64,000 bases of DNA from Novakomyces olei (taxonomy: Eukaryota), in contig JADEYG010000012.1 in NCBI GenBank assembly GCA_016906335.1, forward strand, positions 806,001-870,000. Reading direction: 5' to 3'. Below the pieces are notes generated by a model that worked only from the letters and a program-made list of their open reading frames with translations, made no database searches and had not been told where the DNA came from. Below, one piece after another: positions 1 through 10,899 of the stretch; the stretch's first letter is position 1; every line of letters starts with the position of its first letter. A program made the position numbers and the translations under genes.

Positions 1-194
1 TCAAAAAGTTTGAGAACGGGTTCATTACCGATCCTTTTTGTTTTACCCCTAAACACATTGTCCGTGATGTGCGCGATATCAAATCAAAATACGGGTTCAG
101 TGGCATCCCAATCACAGGTGAGTTGGTTCACTAGAATAAGAGCTTTGCCGGGTTTTCTTTGTTTCTTTGCCAGGTTTTTTCGGCTCGACAGGTT

Positions 195-278
195 AATATG
201 TGATGAATTACAATTATAATAACTTTCGTTCTACCAAATGACTTTGGTCGTGAGGAAAACAAGTAACTAACTGAATTA
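195..278 (+). ncRNA. snR54: Box C/D snoRNA, snR54 homologue (guides 18S rRNA Am974-equivalent), in an IMPDH intron
   Basis: Box C GTGATGA at 200-206 and box D CTGA at 271-274. Guide TAACTTTCGTTCT (220-232) is complementary to conserved 18S AGAACGAAAGUUA and is followed by a degenerate D' (CCAA 234-237). Flanking stem TCGACA (185-190)/TGTCGA (285-290). S. cerevisiae snR54 is also in an IMPDH (IMD4) intron. Confidence 0.85.
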
Positions 279-417
279 CACTTGTGTCGAGAATTGACCA
301 TCTACTTGCCCAGAATTCAATATTTGAATTCTACAACTTTTCAATTGCTCTATTTTCTGTCTGTGCTACTGGCGCAAGCGATTTTAGTACTTTGCAAAGA
401 AAGAGGCTAATGTATAG

Positions 418-1529
418 ACACGGGCAAAATTGGTGGCAAATTGCTCGGTATCGTGACAGCACGTGACGTCGAGTTCCATGACAATGACGACTCTGCTCTC
501 TCTGAGATTATGACTACTGACGTAATCACGGCGCCACAAGGGATCACGTTGGAGAAGGCGAACAACATTCTGCGCCAGTCCAAGAAGGGCAAATTGCCCA
601 TTGTCGATGATAAAGGCAATCTGCGATCATTGCTAGCTCGAAGCGATCTCATGAAGAATCTTAACTTTCCATTGGCCAGCAAATTGCCTGACAGCAAACA
701 GCTTATTTGCGGAGCTGCCGTGGGCACACGGCCGGACGATAAAGATCGGCTGGCTCTTTTGGTAGAGGCCGGCTTGGATATTGTTGTGCTGGACTCCTCC
801 AACGGAGACTCTGTCTTCCAAGTGGAAATGATAGAATGGATTAAACGCACTTTCCCTCAGCTCGATGTTATTGCCGGCAACGTGGTCACTCGACAGCAAG
901 CTGCCCGACTGATTCAGGCCGGGGCCGATGGATTGCGTATCGGTATGGGCTCTGGTAGTGCCTGTATCACACAGGAAGTTATGGCTTGTGGTCGGCCTCA
1001 GGGCACAGCCGTCTTCCAAGTCTGTGAATTTGCTTCCCGGTTCGGAGTGCCCTGTATTGCTGATGGCGGTATTCAAAACGTGGGCCATATGGTAAAGGCA
1101 CTTGCTCTCGGAGCCAGTACGGTTATGATGGGCGGTCTTTTGGCAGGGACTCAAGAATCCCCTGGCGAGTACTATATCCGTGACGGTCAGCGCTACAAGG
1201 CCTACCGGGGAATGGGCAGTATTGCCGCTATGGAGGGTACCAAGACTACGGAAAATGCCGCTACCGGCCGTTACTTTTCTGAGGACGATGTGGTGCGTGT
1301 GGCCCAGGGAGTCAGTGGACTAGTGGCAGACAAAGGCTCCCTGTCCCGTTTTATTCCATACTTGTACACGGGCATTCAGCACGCTTTGCAGGATGCTGGA
1401 GCGCAGGGCGTTACCGAGTTTCAGGTGCGGGTCTTAAACGGTGACCAGCGGTTCGAACTGCGTAGCAGTGCTGCCCTGCGGGAGGGAGATATTGTTGGAT
1501 TTGCGACATACGAAAAGCGACTTTATTAG
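418..1529 (+). CDS. gua1: IMP dehydrogenase, last exon (5' exons lie outside the window)
   Basis: Branch/acceptor GCTAATGTATAG ends at 417. CBS-domain remainder, catalytic [39 protein letters not shown] and C-terminal YEKRLY. Confidence 0.97.
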
Positions 1530-1868
1530 GTGATTGCAATAGAATGGTAATAGTAATAATATTATAGTAATAATAACGTAGCGATAATGATCTTGAAATC
1601 GCAATGATTGAGCAATAAGTTGGGCAATAATAGTAGATGCTGGAAAGAATTTTGAAAATATATAGACAGATTTTGACCCTAACCCTGACCCAGTTTGTCA
1701 TTAGATATTAGGCAGTAATTGAGGCAATCGTTAAACTAAACTCTGAATGTTCAAAGGCACATCTATAATCCAGCAAATACAGATACAAACAAGGCACTAT
1801 TGCTGACTTCTCTGGCAACCAAGTCTGCATGCAAAATTATAACTGTTGAAGCGCCATGTTTGGCCGGC

Positions 1869-3254
1869 CTATGTGTAAAAAATCTGTGCACTTAATATGC
1901 CAGAGTTGTCTGGCCTCAGCTGCACCCAATGCGCACTGAATCCCTCGGGAAACACAAACGTTGCAATGGTCGAGTCATTGTCCCATTGCAATTTCTTATA
2001 CAGCCCAAACTCACCGTGTCCGAGAGCATCGACTTCAATGTCGACAGACGTGATGTCAGACGGTCCATGCTTTTGCACGTGCAAACATTTATGATCAAAG
2101 TTAGTCATAAGGTAGGGATCAGAGGCCTGATTTTCCTTCACTTTGGTCTGCCACCAGGGCCCACCCCAGCCTTTTGGTTTACCAAAAGACCACAGGTCGT
2201 CAGTTTTACCAAAAAACATGTTAGACTGGGGCTCTGCAGTGTAAGGGTTGAGGCCGTCGCTCGGAGAAGCATTATCTGCTCCAGCAACAAACAGACCCTG
2301 CCAGGAACAAAAATCTCCCAGGACATTGAGGTGCGTTGAGATCGGCCTCACACCCCAGATACGTCCGCCATACGCCCATGGCGAGAGCTCATAATACATT
2401 CCGTGCGCATCCATGAGAAGACGCTCATGCTCGACCTCCCTAATGCGCGGCCATTCAGTCTGCCATTTGTGATCAAAGCAATGAGAAGCTTTGGGCAGTC
2501 TGTAAAGAGTCCATTTCTTATCAGCGTTTGTGAAGACGTATAACAAAGCTGAAGCTTGATCCCAGCCCAAGGCGAACATGGTGCCGCCAAAGGTCAGTCT
2601 GCCTCCGAGTCCAACAAAGGGAGACTTTGATATTATTGTCCAGTCTTTCCCGTCCCATTCAGCCAAACGGCCCCGTGACTGTTTACGAGCCCAATCGCCT
2701 TCATCGTACTCATTGGAGCAAACCACAAGCCGATCGAAGCACGAATAGCAGTCCTTGTAGTGTACTTTCCATTCTCCCTCAGTTTCCAGTTGGTCATTCA
2801 AATCAAACAGAGGTGCGCACTCCAACGTTATCACATTCAGCTCCCAAAGGACGCCCTCCATTGTGAGCACATAAACATGACTATCGGGTTTAGTAAGGTG
2901 GGCACATGTACCGCACAGTCTTTCGGGTTGCAGTTTGGGGACAAGACGGATTTCGTGCTTTTCAGAAATGACGTAGGGGCCAAGTACGAGTGAATTCGTG
3001 GGGAAATGGATGTATCGATTGGCATAAGTGCCATCGATGCCCAGTGTCTGTTGCACAATTTCCATTGAAAAATCAGGCGAAATTCGTCTCAGACTTACCC
3101 CTGCACCACTTTGCGCCTTGTGGGAGTTGTAACACTGAACGTACAGAAACCCATTCCACGGCATTAAACTGCCTATGCCGATTTCTGAGCGTGGCGGACC
3201 CAGGCTGGCGACCTGCGTCAGCGAAGGAAAAATCCCCGATACATTCAACGGCAT
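1869..3254 (-). CDS. Uncharacterised 461-aa intronless, Trp/Gly-rich protein resembling bacterial hypothetical (possibly beta-propeller, carbohydrate-related) proteins
   Basis: Long ATG-initiated ORF with no introns and no signal peptide. Motifs SGIFPSL, EIGIGSLMPW, GTYANRYIH, TEWPRIR, GKPKGWGGPW and SDPYLM recall a bacterial family rather than any yeast protein I recognise. Confidence 0.7.
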   Translation of the reverse strand: MPLNVSGIFPSLTQVASLGPPRSEIGIGSLMPWNGFLYVQCYNSHKAQSGAGVSLRRISPDFSMEIVQQTLGIDGTYANRYIHFPTNSLVLGPYVISEKHEIRLVPKLQPERLCGTCAHLTKPDSHVYVLTMEGVLWELNVITLECAPLFDLNDQLETEGEWKVHYKDCYSCFDRLVVCSNEYDEGDWARKQSRGRLAEWDGKDWTIISKSPFVGLGGRLTFGGTMFALGWDQASALLYVFTNADKKWTLYRLPKASHCFDHKWQTEWPRIREVEHERLLMDAHGMYYELSPWAYGGRIWGVRPISTHLNVLGDFCSWQGLFVAGADNASPSDGLNPYTAEPQSNMFFGKTDDLWSFGKPKGWGGPWWQTKVKENQASDPYLMTNFDHKCLHVQKHGPSDITSVDIEVDALGHGEFGLYKKLQWDNDSTIATFVFPEGFSAHWVQLRPDNSGILSAQIFYT

Positions 3255-4228
3255 AACGAGACAAGATTCGTATTACAGTCGTGGCAATTGCACAAAAGGT
3301 ACCACCGTCTCTGCACAGTGTATCGTAATTGACCGAATCCTCACGATAAATCGAGGAATTAGGTATAACCAGTAAATTAGGGAAAAGTACAATATTATAA
3401 TAATATTGTTATAACAATAATTGTAGAATAATTATAAAATCGTGAAACTTTTAATGATAGTAAGTTGTGCTCGCAGAAAAGGCGGGCAATCGGGAGCAAA
3501 TAGCAAAACAAAAGAATCTGTCTAATGTCAGGAGAAGCAGTATACAAAAGTCTGCATTACCCTTGGTTTAAGTTGGCTTATTTATACACATTATTATGCA
3601 CGATGTATGGCGGAGATATTGTCACCCGCTTTACCCGCATTTATGTGGGGAAACACAGTTCCAACGTGGGCGGGCGTTTGGTTTGATTGGTCATTAGTGT
3701 ATTGAACCCGTAAAATCCCAATTTACCGGCAAAAAGTGCGGGTATCGGATATCGGCCAACAGTAAATGTATTCATCCACGCTGTTTGCGATTCTGCGTGT
3801 CGCTCTTGCTATTTTGACGTCTTGAAAAGGAGATAATTAATAATAGCAGCACAATAGTCTAAACTTTTAATTTTAAGCCCTTGGAATACGCGGGGAAATG
3901 GGTCTAAACAATTTTAGCATAGTTGCTACCATGAAAGCTTGCGCTGCTCATATCTTTGTTGCAGACTTCCATGGCAAAAGAAAGGCGCGGCCAATACGCC
4001 AGCATCTGGGGCACATATAACCTCAATGAGCCTTATCTGATCCACGTAACGTAATCCTGCGTGCAAAGCTACTTGTGAATATTTTCTGCGTTGCTATACG
4101 GATCTTCCATAATATCAGCAATATATCGTCATATCAAACGAATCATTTGATAAACAATCTTCCCATTACTTTCACATGAACTTGTCTTTGCCGGTGGTCA
4201 TCTTTGTTGAGCGCGGCAATGATTCAAA

Positions 4229-5191
4229 ATGCGAACTTTATGGTTTTACCTACTGGCGTCTACATCATTGGCAAGGCAAATACCCGTGCAAGATAAAAGC
4301 CATGAATTAGTACTGGAGCGTAGGGTATTTTCAGTGGCCGATATCCATGGAGATTTTGAGCATACGGTTGTTCTACTGGAAAAGGCTGGAGTTATATCAG
4401 ATTCTAGTCCTTTAAATTGGACAGCAGGCAACGCGACACTCGTACAGACTGGCGATATTGTAGACCGTGGGCCTGACACACGAATCCTGTTTTCCTGGTT
4501 ACGCGATCTGAGCGTGGTGGCCTCTTTGTATGGTGGATCTATCGTTCATTTGTTAGGCAACCATGAATTCATGAATGCAATGGGTGACTGGCGCTACGTT
4601 TCCCAACAAGACCTACTCTCCTTTCCCCAGCCGCACAAAAAATCTCGTCAAATTGAGTTTAGCCACTGTGGCACTATTGGACTTGATTTCTTGCACAATT
4701 ATCAGCTCAGTTATCTCGATCCTATAGGCGTTTTCTTCATTCACGCAGGCTTGACTGCAGAATGGGCAAAACGCGGAGACTACAACTCTCTGAGCCGAGC
4801 TTTTATGGCACATTTACTCGAGGGCCATCACGATCGCGAACGCTGGCCGCTTCAATTTCAGAAATTTTATTCTGCCGACGGCCCATTATGGTATCGAGGA
4901 TACAGTACTCAGCCAGAACCGGTCGCTTGCATAGAAGCAGAAGATGTTCTAGACCGTTTGGGTGCATCAATGATGGTCGTTGGCCACACTATTAATATGG
5001 AGTACGTTGTATCTCGGTGTGAGGGCAAAATACTTGCTATTGATACCGGGCTTTCTGCCGCCATTGGTGGGCGGGGCTGCGTTATTGAACTGCAAAAGTT
5101 CGAGGGTCACAAAAATTTGCGAATTATTGCCTACTATGACAATGAAACAGTCATTCTGCAGCCAGGGCCAAGCAAAGCTGATGTTTTTTAA
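4229..5191 (+). CDS. Secreted/lumenal calcineurin-like metallophosphoesterase (Shewanella-like phosphatase type)
   Basis: N-terminal signal peptide. Motifs DIHG, GDIVDRG, GNHE, HAG, GPLWYRG, GHT and IDTG. Confidence 0.9.
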   Translation: MRTLWFYLLASTSLARQIPVQDKSHELVLERRVFSVADIHGDFEHTVVLLEKAGVISDSSPLNWTAGNATLVQTGDIVDRGPDTRILFSWLRDLSVVASLYGGSIVHLLGNHEFMNAMGDWRYVSQQDLLSFPQPHKKSRQIEFSHCGTIGLDFLHNYQLSYLDPIGVFFIHAGLTAEWAKRGDYNSLSRAFMAHLLEGHHDRERWPLQFQKFYSADGPLWYRGYSTQPEPVACIEAEDVLDRLGASMMVVGHTINMEYVVSRCEGKILAIDTGLSAAIGGRGCVIELQKFEGHKNLRIIAYYDNETVILQPGPSKADVF

Positions 5192-5659
5192 AGATTTAGT
5201 CTTTATAAGGATGGATTTGAAGCGATTTGTCTCGCTGTGGTCCATTAAATTAAAAATATAGAGGCTATCGGGCAACTAGGCGCTATAGATTAGAGGAGAT
5301 TTAGCTTTTGAATAATTGGAAAAGGCGTTGTGGGACTCTGCATTATAGTATGGGCATAGAACGAACGAGTATACCAATAAGATTAAACTGTATTCGCGGG
5401 TTAGGGTTTATTTTCTGAATAAACCGACATGATACTAGACTCGAATGTTTTTTGAAGTAATATTAACCTATAAACAATTTTAATAATGATAAATCTTCAA
5501 ACGCGATTCAACGCCAGCATCTAACGAGCTCGTTTGAAAGATCAAGCATTTGCCCCCATTTGAAAATCAAGTTCTTTGCAAATTGATGGGGTCATTTCTT
5601 TTTCTCTCTCAAGTGAGCTGGTTAGTGCTCTTACTTACGAGAAGGAGAGTATCCATTTT

Positions 5660-5882
5660 TTGCAAGATTGTCGCACACGACTGCTCATTCGCTCTTTGCT
5701 ACCAGCTGGCGGCGCGATAGGAAACTGGGCGTTCTGTTCAACCTGTCGTAGTGAGCACTCTATACAATATGTATTTTACTTGCTATAAAAACTGTGTCTC
5801 ATAGTTCACACTTGTGCAAGGATTGACCATCATGGCCTTTCACCTTTTCTACACGAGTGTGACTCCAATCACACATACATAT
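5660..5882 (+). ncRNA. Candidate box H/ACA snoRNA (structured intergenic RNA)
   Basis: 5' domain stems GCAAG/CTTGC, ATTGT/ACAAT, TGCTCATT/AGTGAGCA and CGATAGG/CCTGTCG. H-box-like ATAAAA at 5785-5790. 3' hairpin TCACACTTGTG (5806-5816)/CACGAGTGTGA (5852-5862) with an internal loop. ACA at 5877-5879, about 14 nt after the upper stem. Confidence 0.45.
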
Positions 5883-6295
5883 CGACACTATGGTTATAAT
5901 ACTGACAAATTTAAATTGTAGGCGTCCTATATAATATCATGTTGTGAACAATTAGAGCCGATCCTGTACAGCCGTCCAAGATGTCAAGCCCTGTGCAGCT
6001 GCAGCGGCGCATATTCGTATATTCTTTTGCAAATTATATGGCCGAGGCACTATATAATAAAAAGATAAGAAACATTATAGAACTAAAAAATAAAAATAAA
6101 ATAAAACTGTTTCACGTACATTAATTTACGGATCCTCGTATTTCATGTGCAACAGAAGGCAGATACATTACTTTGAACGAGTTCAATATGCCAACTCTCA
6201 GATTCAGTGAAATTGGAGACAATGCTTTATTCATTTAGAAAACCCTAACTAGCTTATATATTACCAGAGCAACAAAATCACAAGCCCAAAGCATC

Positions 6296-6943
6296 ATGGC
6301 CGACGTTTCTGACCCGAAGATTGTGGAAGGTAGCATTGAGATCAATTGGTATAACGTAATACTGATGCGCTCAAATAGCATACAATGATGTCCGTGACGA
6401 TAAGTCCGAGACCAATTGGTACGTTTATGTTTTGGGAAAGTACTCGGTTCCGATCGTACTAACGCGCCAAAAGGCTGTTGCTCAATTACGAAAGCGATAA
6501 AAGCAACAAGCTAGAACTTGCGGCTACGGGTAAAGCGTATTTGTTCTTCCATATTTTACTATGCTACAATGGCTTCGTCGTGAATTGTTTTTATCGTGAA
6601 GACTGACAATTGGGCGTTCAACGCCGTTACAGGTTCCGGAGGCATCTCAGAACTACGGGAGAAACTTGAGCCGACTCAAGCACAGTACGCTTATGTGCGC
6701 GTGACCTATGCAAATGACAAAGAATCACAGCGTGTCAAATTTATTCTTTTAGTATGGATTGGTGAAAACACTAAAGTTATGAGGAAAGCCCGTATTTCCG
6801 TTCACGCCACAGATGTGAAAAACGTCTTACGCATCTTTAGCATTGATGTGCCCGCCAGCACACTCTCTGATGTAAACGAGGATGCTATTGTCAAAAGACT
6901 TCGCTCGGCTGGCGGTGCGAGTTATTCGTTCTACTCATCATAG
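6296..6943 (+). CDS. Coactosin-like ADF-H domain actin-binding protein (4 exons)
   Basis: Spliced product MADVSDPKIVEAYNDVRDDKSETNWLLLNY...GSGGISEL...KFILLVWIGE...KARIS...RLRSAGGASY, with three GT-AG introns. Confidence 0.88.
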
Positions 6944-6955
6944 AATTGGTTTTAA

Positions 6956-8315
6956 TTAAAATATGTCTAAAGCAGAAATGACACGCGTCTTGTCATCTTG
7001 TTCATAGTCTAATGCTGTTCTTGTCGCTCGGTGAAGGGCAATATTTTCATCTTGTCCACCTAAAAGCGATAATGCTGCACTGCGCCAAAGGCTGATAATA
7101 GCTTTCAGTTCGTGAATGTGCAGAAACGGGGTATCATCGAAAGCTTTTTCTCGCCATTTGTCAAATGCGGACGCTGATTGAACCAGCTCGGTCCATTTGT
7201 GCCGAAAGTCAGGCATCGTCTCGTTAAATGTTCCGATGGCGCCGGCCTTGAGCGCCAATGCTACGTCCTTCAGACTATCGAAACGATAGGGCAAAAGCAA
7301 GTAATCAACATCAGCTGAATCTTTATGTACAGAGAGTAGGCGACGACGAATGTACTTTGGCATGATTTCGCAAAGTGTATGCTCAATATCTGTAAGCTGA
7401 GAAAGAAGCTGAGCATTGTCCTTTATAAGTTCAGAGTTTCTGCTAGTTTCACTCAGAATGCTGTGATTGTTTTCACGCTCATCTCCCACAGTGCTTGTAC
7501 TAATTGACCTCGATTTTTCCTCCGCCACATCAGGAACACTCTTGACCTGAACAGCTGGCTCTTCCAGTTCGCCGTCAATTTCCATTGCCTGATCATTTGC
7601 AGCCTCATCTCCTACATGCTTTGACGATGCAAATTCTTTGCGCAAACTCTCGATGAGATGTGTGACTGTTTGCGCATCCGCAGAGTCGCGTACAGCAATG
7701 CCCTCCGTCATCGTTTGGTTGCCCAGATTGCGGTCATTTGTCAGCAGTATCACCAGCCTGCCTTCTCGCTGAGACAGGAAGCTATTGTCAGTAACAAAGA
7801 AATTAAAGTAGGCAAAAACAAAACAGAAATCTAGATTATAGAACGAAGCAAAAGCAAAGGGCAAATTACATGCAGCAATCCATAATTGCCTGATCGTGCT
7901 TGAGGGATGAGTCAATACGCTGATTGCTGCGCTGACCCAACAGCCCCACATGATGCTCCCGAAGAGTCTCGTAGACGTACCGGATCGCCCTTCTCGCTAG
8001 CACGCCCACATCTCCCGCAGCAGAGGCAGCCACATTTTTCAGCGCGTCCAGCTCGTGAAACACAGCGATAGGTATCACAACTGCCGCATTATTTGCCGCA
8101 CAAATATCAACAAGCTGCCGGATAAGCGCGAGCTTTAATAGCATAAAGTTTGTGTCCACTACGAACGCGACTCCGTACGAGCTCGTGCCCTCGCTCTCAG
8201 GCATAACCACATCTTGTGCATAATTTGACGGCTGATGACGAGCGTTGCTGATGACGGACGATACCGTGTTGATGACGTTGGCGTCATCAACATCCATAGA
8301 CTCGTCATACTCCAT
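6956..8315 (-). CDS. swt1: PIN-domain RNA endonuclease, Swt1-like (2 exons)
   Basis: PIN motifs FVVDTNF, VVIPIAVFHELDALK, HDQAIMDCC and LLTNDRNL across an intron near 7785-7870. Confidence 0.8.
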
Positions 8316-8619
8316 CTGACTGCTTCATCGCTGATAACGCTAGAGCGCTTTTATCATACTGGATTTTATTTGCTATACTATATTGAATCAAATATTGAAT
8401 CAATCTGAATAAATTACTTTCTCCTATTTTCCTGTATCATATAAATGTATCAAAATTAGCTGAATTATTTCCAACATACAGTACTCGCCTAATTTTCCAT
8501 CTTTTATTTTTCTACTCTCATATTTTTCTACTCTCATATTTTTCTACTCTTAATTTCCTAGCTTTTATTTATTATTTTTGTTTTAATTGATTTTTTTTTC
8601 AAAAGCAAAAAGCTCAACA

Positions 8620-10562
8620 ATGCTGCAGACGCGGATCAGCCGACGAGTGACTCCCAAATGCTTTATCAGGCGTGGAGCCGCGTCAAGTGCAAAAGGCAGT
8701 CCAGCACTGCGCGCTGTTGGCCCTCGCGACTGTGCATTGGAGGGAAAAGAATTGCTAAATTCGCCTCAGTTTAATAAAGGCAGTGCCTTCAATAACGAGG
8801 AACGTTACCGCTTCCGACTGAATGGACTACTGCCACCACACGTGCATACGCTTGAAATGCAGGTATATTGCTAATCTTTTGAGCTTCTTTTGAGTTTCTA
8901 ATTGCAATTCATAATACTCATTTCAAACAGGTCGACCGCGCGTACAACCAGTTTACCGCTCTCCAAGACAATTTGGCAAAGAACGAATTTCTCACGAGCA
9001 TGCGCGAGCAGAATGAGGTGCTGTTCTTCCGCCTTTTAAGCAACCATATCAAGGAAATGCTGCCTATTATCTACACGCCTACAGCTGGCGAGCGTATCGC
9101 ACATTACTCGGAATTGTTTAGGCGACCAGAAGGCCTCTTTCTCAATCTCGAGTTCAATACCAAAGACGATATCCTCGACAAGATTGCTTACTGGGGCGGT
9201 GAGGACGATATAGACTATATCATTGTCACGGACAGCGAGGGCATTTTGGGAATTGGTGATCAAGGTGTGGGCGGAATAGGCATTAGCGTAGCTAAAGCCG
9301 GCCTTATGACGCTCTGTGCGGGCGTCCACCCGCACCGTGTTCTCCCCGTGGTCCTTGATGTGGGCACAGACAACGACGATCTGCTTTCAAACGAATTATA
9401 TATGGGTCTTCGGCGTAGACGTGCTCGCGGAACTGAGTATGATGATTTCGTGCATAACTGTATTGAAGCCTTTATGGAACGCTTCCCCAAGGCAGTTATC
9501 CATTTCGAGGATTTCGGTCTTAAAAACGCAAAACGATTACTCGATTTCTACAACGATAAGCATTGTGTGTTTAACGACGATATCCAGGGCACTGGAGCCG
9601 TTACGCTTGCTGCCATTACTAGTGCTGCTCTGGTAACAGAGCAGCAAAGAAAGGACATGAAGTATGTAATTTTTGGTGCTGGTTCAGCCGGTATGGGCAT
9701 TGCCAATCAGCTTAAAGAGGCCATGATCATGGACGGGTTAAGCAGCGAGCAGGCAGTCTCACAGATATACCTTGTAGACTCGCTCGGTCTCCTGTTAGAA
9801 TCGCACCATGACTATTTAACCCCGGCACAGAGGCCTTTTGCTAAATCAATCAGCGAGTTTAAATCGCTGATTCGTGGTGTTGCGCCTATTCGGCTACTGG
9901 ATGCAATTAAGCAGGTTAAACCCAATGTCTTACTTGGCTGTTCCGGCCAGCCAAACCAATTTACGGAGGAAGTTGTCCGTGAAATGGCCTCGCATGTAGA
10001 AAGGCCTATTATTCTGCCGCTATCAAACCCGACACGACTGGCAGAAGGCAAACCAGCAGATTTAATTCGATGGACAGACGGGCGTGCTCTTGTAGCAACA
10101 GGTTCTCCCTTCCCTCCTGCAGAATACAAGGGCCAAAAGTTTTTCATTGCCGAGTCCAATAATGCTCTGGTCTACCCCGGTATTGGCCTAGGCTGTGTCC
10201 TTTCCCGAGCCAGTCAGCTTACACCGGCTATGATAAAATCGGCAGCGGATGCTTTGGCGTCTGACTCGCCTGCTTTAGCCGATGCTAAACTGGGTCTATT
10301 ACCGGACGTGAAGTACGTGAGGGAAATTAGTTTCAAAGTGGCCATGGCGGTTATAAAGAAGGCAGTAGAAGAAGGAGTTGCCGACCAAGTGCGACACTGC
10401 GAAGGTGAGACGGTTGTTATTCCTGTGGAAGACGATCACGAGCTCGCAAAGTGGGTGAGCATGCAGCTCTGGGTGCCAAAGTATAGGCAGCTCAGGAAAG
10501 TTGAACGGGATACAGCCAGCCCGGCGGCGAGAGGTGAGACGGGTATTGGTAGAGTCCGCTAG
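8620..10562 (+). CDS. mae2: NAD-dependent malic enzyme, probably mitochondrial (intron 8863-8930)
   Basis: Arg-rich presequence. Motifs NKGSAF, PIIYTPT, TDSEGILGIGDQG, HFEDFG, FNDDIQGTG, GAGSAG and PLSNPT. Confidence 0.95.
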
Positions 10563-10899
10563 AAGAGGCAGCGAAAGTTGGACTGAATAGAAAAGACAAA
10601 ATATAGAGATTGAGTGAAGGAATCAGCGACGCACAAAAAAGTATGAAAGCGTCAGGGTTAGGGTTTAGAGAAAGAAGAAGAAATGTATAGAGTAATGTAT
10701 AGAATAACGCAGGGTAGAGTTGTGCAAAGCACGAGGGACAGCAGTTGAAGAGTACTTTATAGAGACGCACTTTACGATTAATAAACTTGTTTCTGTCAGT
10801 TATTGCGCAAAGATTGCACTCAAGTCTTGTAAAAAAATGATATGGTGAATTCCTTGCTGATAGTGTACAGTGCAATCAGATATTATCTAAGCCCATTTT

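Noticed and set aside
418-1529. IMPDH as a mycophenolate self-resistance copy or part of a metabolite cluster
   Set aside because: It has the canonical YRGMGS and a housekeeping intronic snoRNA, and there are no PKS/NRPS genes in the window.
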